A DNA stretch of 57,484 bases from Chara braunii (Eukaryota; Plantae; Charophyceae): contig BFEA01000004.1 in NCBI GenBank assembly GCA_003427395.1, positions 6,033,099-6,090,582 on the forward strand. The letters are read 5' to 3'. The position numbers and the translations under genes were made by a program. Every line of letters starts with the position of its first letter. Within the stretch, counting starts at the first letter, position 1. This document shows positions 48,945-57,484 of this stretch, piece after piece. Under the pieces are notes generated by a model, which was not told the origin of the DNA, ran no database searches, and saw only the letters and a list, made by a program, of their open reading frames with translations.

Positions 48945-49334
48945 GAGAAAATGTTTAGTCAAACTCACTTAGTTGATACTTTAAATTTTTTGATTGTTGT
49001 GGAAACGATATTCAAGGAATTTTGCATATTAAAAGAACAAATTGTTAAGATACATTATTAAAAAAGTTAATTATAATCTCTACAAAATTACGAAAATATT
49101 AACAATGTTTTTAACATAAAAGGTGGTAAGATACATTCATCATAATAATTATAAATAAGTATGTGATCTATATGGTTCGCATATTACTCATATGATGTTA
49201 ATTTGCATGGTTATGTTTAATCATTAGTAACCAGATTTTAAGCAAAGTAAGGACAAATATATAATTGCCTAATATCCATAGTATTAACATATATTCCATA
49301 TAAACTTAATATTTGTATAATAAATACCTTTTAC

Positions 49335-49607
49335 CTAGGCTCGCAGAGTGGCCCGGGGTCACTTTCCCGGCCGGGCAAAAAATATTAAAAAAATAAAAAT
49401 TAAAAAATTATTTTTTAAAGTTATTTTTTATTTTAAATTTGGTGAAGAATTTCGATGTAACCCTAAGGCAAAAGTTGTTCAGTTTATTTTTATGCATAAC
49501 ATAGTTTTTTTTTGTATTTTTTGGATTTTTTTTTCTTTTCTAGGACCTTCCTTGGTCCTTGCACGGGCTGGGCACACGGGACCCGGGCAGCCCGGCTGGT
49601 AGCCTAG
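49335..49607. mobile_element. hAT-like MITE, copy 1
   Basis: CTAGGCT...AGCCTAG termini with 8-bp TSD CCTTTTAC. Confidence 0.9.
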
Positions 49608-49681
49608 CCTTTTACAGGAAAACTAATCGACAAAGTAAAAAAAAAATACGATTAAAAAAAGAAAGTTATTATTGCAAATGG

Positions 49682-49956
49682 CTAGGCTACCAGAGTGGCC
49701 CGGGGTCACTTACCCGGTCGGGCCAAAAAAATTTAAAAAATAAAAAAACTAAGAAATATTTTAAATTTTTATTTTATATTTTAAAGTTGGTAAGGAATTT
49801 CGATGTGACCCTGAGGCAAAAGTTGTTCAGTTTATGTTTCTGCATAACATAGGTTTTTTTCGGATTTTTTGGATTTTGTTTTTTTTTGCTGGGACCCTCC
49901 CTTGTCCTTGCACGGGCTGGCCACCCGGGACCCGGGCGGCCCGGCTGGTAGCCTAG
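49682..49956. mobile_element. hAT-like MITE, copy 2
   Basis: CTAGGCTACCAG / CTGGTAGCCTAG with 8-bp TSD GCAAATGG. Confidence 0.92.
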
Positions 49957-49964
49957 GCAAATGG

Positions 49965-50180
49965 TCAGTGTCTTATTGGTCAGAGCACTAGTTGGAAATG
50001 CGCATTCTGGTATAAGGGCGCAAATTCAATTTTTTAAGTCTGCACTTTCACGCATAGGCCACCAATGGGCGTCGACCGACGTATAACCATTCACCCCCCC
50101 CCTTGGGACGACGAGTAAGTTTATACAGACGTTGCCTGAGCACCACCCAAGGGGTTTAGTCCATGGTTGTCATATGCTGG
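49965..50180 (+). mobile_element. tRNA-derived SINE copy (same family as 20860-21066)
   Basis: TGGTCAGAGCACTAGTTGGAAATGCGCATT head and a CCCCTTGGGA.GACG...GCACCACCCAAGGG body shared with the minus-strand copy. Confidence 0.7.
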
Positions 50181-51373
50181 TAGTGGGTTTCAGGAGGGTT
50201 GTTCGAATATTTGTTTATGATCGGGTCTGGTGATCGGGGTTACGCTCGTGTACTTTTCTTGGGGGGGAGAGGGGTAGGTTTAGGGTCCTGAGGGAGGGAG
50301 TAGTTGGAGGGGGGGGAAAGATTTATCATTGGGAGTGTCAAAACTTTGTAACAATAAGGTTGTTGGGACCTTTATACATTAATAGGATCTGCTTGGGACA
50401 ATAGGTACCTTTCATGCGTGTGATTTGGGACCCTCTGAAATTGTCGGTCTCGTCGGTCTGTACTACTTTGTGGGGTTTCATGATGAGTCTGGGTACGACC
50501 GATACATTTTCCGTCACTATGGTACCCACAGAAGAATCCATACATATGAAACCTAGACTACAGTAGGATCAAAATGGGAAATGTTGCGCATACACAAAAT
50601 GTTATTATGGAGCGAGGTGTTGGGCATTCTTCATCACACATGCAACATATGGTGCCTGTGAGATGACGCTTCTTCCATGTTGGGGTCAGTTGGGAATTCT
50701 CATTCGGGGAATTAGTTGGATTGTGGACCTTCAAGGGGAGTCTGGGATAAGAGACATCATACTTAGGGAGAGAAGGAGGGATATCGTACCTTTAAGTTAG
50801 TTGAAAGGTGGATGGTTCACTACCTGTTAAAGTTTGCGAGATGAGGCACAAATGGAGGATGACCAAATTTGTGTGGATCCTACCTCTGCGACGTTCGGGT
50901 CAGTCTGGTAAGCATCGACGCAAAACACTACTTACGATTTGAGCATATAGGTCATGTCATCGTGCTGCCACTTGGAGGCGACTTCCCTCAAGGCCCTAAC
51001 AACCCATCAGATTTCCTAAATGAATGAGTACTACGGGCAATTTGTGAGGTTTGGTCTTAACCCTCTATTACACAGTCTAAATGAAAAAATAAAAATAAAA
51101 ATTATATTGTTTGACCTAAGGTGTTGAATTGTAAATATGTATATGGAGTAAGAGTTTCACTTTTCTATGAAGTAAGAGTTGTGATTTTCTTAAATGTTGA
51201 AGGGTTGCTTATTGTAACTCATGTATTATTGTTTACTTTGCTAAATAGTTTTTCGTTATAATATATGTAAATTTTTCTAATATAGTTAATTATCAAAATG
51301 ACTACAAATTATATTTATGTCTTTATCGTTGAGCACAACGATATTATAGTATGACGTTTATTTATCCTATTAT

Positions 51374-51484
51374 CAGGGTAACCGGCGTTCGGGACAGATC
51401 GAACGCCCTAAAATATGGGACCCCTTCGGGATCCGTTCGGTCATTCGGCCCGAACGCGGACCTCTCCCTTCCCCCCCCCCCCCC

Positions 51485-51517
<33 letters not shown>

Positions 51518-52167
51518 NNNNNNNNCCAAACAAAAATAAAATAAAAAAAATCTAAAAAAAAAACTATAGTTATAAAAAAAATAAAAATAATATTTGCCTG
51601 AGTATTACATCCAAATTCCTTACCACATTTGAAATAAAAATAAAATACGAAAAATAAATAATAATAATAAAAATAAAAAAATAAAAAAATAATTAAATTT
51701 AGTGAGTGCGTGAGCACATTATCGACACTGCCATCTTTGGTGATTTTTCATTTTTTTTTGGCACAACCAAATGCCTTCAATTTTACAGATGTGTACTTTA
51801 CATAATGCAAACCCACTAAAAATTATTCAAAATACAATAATTTATTTTGGACCCCGAACTAAAGTGAAAACAAAAAGTAAAAGTGAAAAAAAAACGCTAG
51901 CGAGCACGTTTTGACGCTCCCATCTTGAGCGATTTTTACTTCTTATTTGGATGAGTCAAATAACTTGAAATTTTATAGGCATGTACCTCACGTTATAGAT
52001 AACTCACACAAAAAAATTCAGAAAATATATATATATATTTTTAGACCCCGAAATAATTTTTCGTGGGGGCCGAACGCCGTTGGATTTGGACCCCATACGG
52101 GATCCGGAACGCCCGTACGTACGGAGGTTTGCCTGAGGACCTCCGTACGTACGGGCTGGTGACCCTA
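51374..52167. mobile_element. Non-autonomous hAT element
   Basis: CAGGGTAACCGG / CTGGTGACCCTA termini with 8-bp TSD CCTATTAT. Confidence 0.88.
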
Positions 52168-52689
52168 CCTATTATTATAATAATTAGATACTTGTCTCAT
52201 TTGACTCACATTAGTTATTTTTAGTAACATCATAAATGTATGGTTCTTCAAATGAATGTTTGAAAAACAAAAACAAAAACATAAGGGGTAGGTAATAAAA
52301 TTATTCAAATTCAGTTTACGCTGCAATCCTATCAATGTCACAATATTATAACGATGATAATTATATTCCATATCTTTATTATTGAGCGTAACAACATTGC
52401 CATATGATTTTTATTCATCTATTCTCGTATCTCAACTGACTGTTCATTTCATTTCACTCATATTTGTTATTTGTCATATCATCACCAAAGTATTGTCTTT
52501 CAAATTCATGTTTGAAAAAAAATATGTATCACAAGGGTTAGTAATAAATTTATTTTAGTTGGAATGTCTATCAATGTCACAATCATTACAATAGCGATTA
52601 TAAATCATTAGTAAATGAATTATTAAAAAAACAAGTTTATATCAACAAAATAACGAAAGATATTTTAACATAATATATTTTTTTCTTAA

Positions 52690-53546
52690 GTTCGGTTAAT
52701 CTTAAAGATGTAGCAGTGGTACAGTATAGGCTTAAAAAATAGAAAAAGAATGCAATCCACATCACGATTATAAAAAATACATAATTGACTAAAGAAAAAT
52801 TGTGTTAATTATATTGAGTTTTTTCCCCTTTTGATCTTTTATTATTTTTTGCACATGTGCACATTTAATCGTGTTCAAGTTGTGAGTATATGATAGACAC
52901 ATTGATGAAAGGTCCGAGGTGTAATTTCACGTTGAAAGCGACAAGGAACTTCTTAATTTCCTTCTTAGGTTTTCGTTTTCTCTCACATATTTGTGTTTAT
53001 TTTTGTGCATATAGTAAAAATATATGCGTGAGAAAAAAAAATAATTTAAAGAAACATGATTTAGTTAAACATTTAAAATTTATGTAAAATTTCATTATCT
53101 ATAATTCTACATAGCTGAGCGAAAACAAACCGTGTTAATGTATATTGAGTTTCTCTCTCTCAATTTTTCATTATTTTTTGCACACGCACACAGTTCAAGT
53201 TGCGAGTGCGTCATAAACACACTACTAAAGGGTCCGGGGTGTAATTGCACGTTGAAAACCAGCAACAAACTTTTTTATTTTTTTTTCTGTTTGAATTTTA
53301 CCTCATATTCGCGCGTTTACTTTTATATATATTCTATGTGCGAAAAAAAAATCAATTAAGAGAGGTATAACGTAACTAAGCATTGAAAACTGATGTACAA
53401 CTTCATCTTGTATAGTTTTCTCTTATTAAAAAACAAACTCTTAAAGGTACATTTTTCTTGTTTTTGTAATTAATAAATATTTTTATGATTTTATGTTTGC
53501 ACCTAAGTTACCAGAGTGGCCCGGGGTCACTTGCCGTGCTGGACAA

Positions 53547-53630
<84 letters not shown>

Positions 53631-55500
53631 TTTAAAATTTATTTGTTATTTTAAATTTGGTAAAGAATTTCGATATGACCCTGAGACAAAAGTTATTCAA
53701 TTTATTTTTTTGCGTAACATGGTTTTTTTTTTTTAATTTTTTTTTTTTTTTTAGGACCTTCCATTCTCCTTGCACAGGCTGGTCACCAAGAACTCGGGCA
53801 GCTTGGCTGGTAGCTTACGTTTGCACACAAAGCTTCCTTTACCTTTAAAAAAAAAGTGATTATTATGTGTTATCACATTCAATCGAAAGATGAAGTCTAA
53901 TACTTTTTTTAATAATATTAGCCTCTACTTTGCAACCCTGAGGTTGTGTATCTCAAGATAAAGTAAATTAACATCGTGACAATAATCGATCAGTATGAAA
54001 TAGGCTTGATAAAACGTTTTGGTTGTGAAAAAATCGGTCATACAGATCATGACAGATAACCTACACTATTGTATTGTGTGATGTTGCATTCATGTTAATA
54101 TCGAGTAAATTAACACCGTGACAACAGTCAATTACTAAAAAATAGGATTGAAAAAACATTTTGGTTGTGAAAGGGTTAGCCCTACAAGTCATGAAAGGTA
54201 ACCCACAACTATAACTCGTATAATTTTTACCTTTGTTTTTAGTTTAGTTAATCTTATAAACTTGGGAGTGGTTCAGTGTGAGTTCTAAAAAGAGAAAAAA
54301 TATAATTCATATCACGCGGCTAAAATATATACAGTTGAGTCAAAACAAATTCTATTTATGTATATTGAGTTTTTTTTTATCAATCTTTCATTATATTGTG
54401 CACATGCATACAATTAATCATGTTGAACTTGTGCGTGTGTGATAGATACACCAGTATAGAGTTCGTGGTGTAATTGCAAGTTGAAAATCGACAAGGAACT
54501 TCTTAATGCACCTTCTTAGTTTTTTTTTTCTTTTACATCCGCACGTTTTCTTTTATGCAAATGGTAAAATTATATGTGAGAAAAAATAACAGTTTAAGGA
54601 GGCATGATGTAGTTAAACATTCAAAATCGATGTAAAACTTTTGTATGTATAATTTTATATAGTCTAGTCAAGACAAATCTTGTTAATGTATATTGAGTTT
54701 CTCTCCTTCTCAGTTTTTCATTATCTTGTGTACATGCGAACAATTAATTAGTTCAAGCTTTGAGAGTGTGATAAACAGACTAATAAATTGTCCGGGGTGT
54801 AAGTGAGCGTTGAAAACTAACAAGGAACTTCCTCATGTTACTGTTAGGTTTTATTTTTCTCTCATATACGTGTGTTTACTTTTGTGCATATAACAAAATT
54901 AGATGCGGAAAGAAATAACAATTTACGGAGGTATGATGTAACTAAATATTTAAAATCGATATAAAACTTCATCTTTTATAGTTCTCTTTCATAAAAAAAA
55001 AAACCTCTTAAAGATAATTTTTTCTTGTCCTTGTGATTATTATATATTCTTGTGATTTTATGCCTGCATACAATGCTTCCTCTACCTTAAAGAAAACAAT
55101 GAGTATTATGTGTTACTACATTCCAATAAAAAACGAAAGAGTCTAATATTTTTTATACCAAAATGTTATTAGTCTCCACATTGCAACCCTAAGATTGTGG
55201 TATAGTGGGATATTGCATCCAAGTTACGGTCGAGTAAATTAACATTGTGACAACACTCGATCATTATGAAATAAATTCGAGAAAAAAAATCGATTGTGAA
55301 AAGACCAGTCGTACGGGTCATGATAGATAACCTACATCGTAGTATAGTTGGATGTTGCGCTCATGTTAAGGCTGAGTAAATTAACACTGTGACAATAGTC
55401 GATCACAATAAAATATGATTGATAAATAGTTTTGGTTGTGAAAGAAACATTCTTATGAATTATGACTGGTAATCCACAACTATAACTCATAAAATTGGTA
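52690..55500. repeat. Diverged tandem segmental duplication (~52690-54235 vs ~54240-55500) with internal sub-repeats
   Basis: Colinear motifs TATATTGAGTTT, ACAAGGAACTTC, TTGCAACCCT and GAGTAAATTAACA recur in the same order. Confidence 0.8.
53503..53818. mobile_element. hAT-like MITE, copy 3, with internal (AAT)n
   Basis: CTAAGTTACCAG / CTGGTAGCTTAC with 8-bp TSD GTTTGCAC. Absent from the paralogous site near 55065. Confidence 0.88.
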
Positions 55501-56082
55501 CCTATGAAAAAAATATGACCGATGTTACCTAATCACTAGAGATATAAAAAATAATTAAAAGTTTTATAATGTTGAATTTTGTCCATGGCTTATAACTTTA
55601 AACATGTAGCAAAATGTTACTAGTATTCACACGTGCGGTCAACGACATCAATAAAATATTGAGTATGTCTATATTTATAATATTTTGTAAGAAATGAAAA
55701 AATTGAGAAGAACACAACTTAAGCACTAATATGCTCTGAAAAAAATAGCAAAACGAATGATGGAGGTAAATACCGCAACAAGTATGTCCACATCATTAAA
55801 GTTTCATACATCCGACTCTAAATAAAAGTGACACTTCAGGTGTAATGGTGATTCACAATATTGTGCAGTCCTTATAACTTTATTAAGCTCAACCTTTAGA
55901 CATAGTAGTAATGCGACTCACGGATTACGTGGCTCCGACATGCTAACAACACAAAAACATAACAATTATAATCGTATAGGAATTGTTGTTTCGACTTGTG
56001 TTTACAAATAAGACATGCAATCTCAATGGGTCATATATAAGCACACATCATTTGTACGAAAATAAAACTTGCATCCATAACC

Positions 56083-56200
56083 GGAACTGAGTGGGCAGAG
56101 CACCGATATGAAATGCTGATTGTAGTATGAGGTTGTGGGTTAAATTTCTCGAAGCCTAAACTATGTGCACTTGGGCAACGGGCGCACGCCAATGACACAA
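56083..56200 (+). mobile_element. Diverged tRNA-derived SINE head
   Basis: CTGAGTGGGCAGAGCACCGATATGAAATGC...GTATGAGGTTGTGGGTT aligns with the head at 20983-21066. Confidence 0.6.
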
Positions 56201-57018
56201 CGGATACTCAAATGCTCTTATGCTTAGTGGTGGAGCAATGATGTTAGCCCACACGCGCCAACTATTATGCATACCGGAAGTATTGAATCCAACTATTGTG
56301 GATACCATATCAAATTTGTTCATGTGCACGCGCTCTCAGGGTAGAAGGCGTCAACCAATATGGTCACTTGTATGCCCCTCTTGGGTTGTCCGAGTTCATA
56401 AGGGGGCTGGAGTGGGGGAGGGGTGAACCTAGAGCACAAGACATGGAGCCCAGAGTTCGCTACTCCCCCAGTAGGCCTACGACACCCTTTGGTGACAGAC
56501 AATAATGTTGCCTTATGACCACTCGACATATCATATTGGGGGGGCACCGAAACTTGAGTCAAGGTATATCGCACCCAGTTGTTGGCAATAAAAAAACACC
56601 CGTTTCTAGAAGTTATGAAAATGAGGGTTGAGTATTATTTTTAAGTTGAATGACTCAACTCTTACAGTGTTTTCTTCTGAGGGGATCTAGACTTAGACTA
56701 AGTATTATATATAATTTGAATGACTTAGTCTAAGCAGTCTCACATACAACAAGGAATCTGAAGATAGTTATTTCTATATTACATACAAGTGGACCAGTCG
56801 CGGCGTCGTCCGCGGTGAGAAGAATGAAGATTGTGAGAAGCGAGGAAGGGGGGGAAAGGTAGTAGAAGACAAAGAGATGCAAAGAGAAAAACACAAACAG
56901 AGAGAAATAGCAATGAAATAAGGAAGAAAGAGAGAACAATTGATTAAAGTCCACCTCATGCAACTTTTTTTTAGCGGGAGGGAGAATAGCCATGCATCAG
57001 CGAATGGCCCAGTTCCTA

Positions 57019-57080
<62 letters not shown>

Positions 57081-57153
57081 TTTTCTCTCTCTCTTTCCCT
57101 CCCTCCCTCCCTCTCCCTCTCTCTGTCTCCCTCCCTCTCTCCCTCTCTCTCTC

Positions 57154-57359
57154 TCACGGTGACGGAGGAGCATGTGTTCGTTGTTGCGTTCGCGGCCTTG
57201 TCCGTGGAGTCACTTGCTCGAGGTCGCCAGGAATGAGAAGCATGCCGCCGCGTTGGAGAGTTCGTTGCAACATGTTTTGAAAGGATTCCTGCTCGGAGGC
57301 AGTGAGTAGCCGATCCTCAAGGTCAACGATGTATGCGACACCTGCTATTGAAGTATACG
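57154..57359 (-). CDS. Probable terminal exon of an unidentified gene extending beyond the window
   Basis: Minus-strand polypyrimidine tract and TTCAG acceptor, then YTSIAGVAYIVDLEDRLLTASEQESFQNMLQRTLQRGGMLLIPGDLE...stop. Confidence 0.55.
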
Positions 57360-57406
57360 CTGAAGCCAGTGAAAAAACAAACAAAACAGCGTGCAGAAAG
57401 AGAAGT

Positions 57407-57484
<78 letters not shown>

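Overview
Eukaryotic, repeat-rich draft-assembly DNA with several N gaps. A streptophyte (Chara-like alga) origin is inferred from the plant-type U6, a fasciclin gene, large TE-filled introns and dense microsatellites. Host genes: (1) a + strand gene reconstructed from three phase-compatible exons (270-2268, 3368-4050, 14671-15270) across a 10.6-kb intron, encoding a long disordered N-terminus and a C-terminal LRR/RNI-like domain; (2) a - strand single-FAS1 fasciclin-like secreted protein (33891-34574); (3) the last exon of a - strand gene at the right edge. The rest is mostly mobile DNA: a solo LTR containing an intact ORF, a decayed L1/Tx1-type LINE, tRNA-derived SINE-like heads, Tc1/mariner, MULE and hAT MITEs with target-site duplications, and a family of TTAA-flanked MITEs. 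The most interesting object is a 5.4-kb TTAA-flanked, transposase-less member of that family (40792-46217). It carries a near-full-length variant U6 snRNA behind tRNA-like Pol III boxes and two hairpin-rich RNA-like blocks enclosed by a 24-bp inverted repeat. Two Nextera mate-pair junction adapters with flanking duplications (1537-1574, 36346-36383) are assembly artefacts that split real ORFs. All family calls come from motif recognition by eye; no database searches were run.
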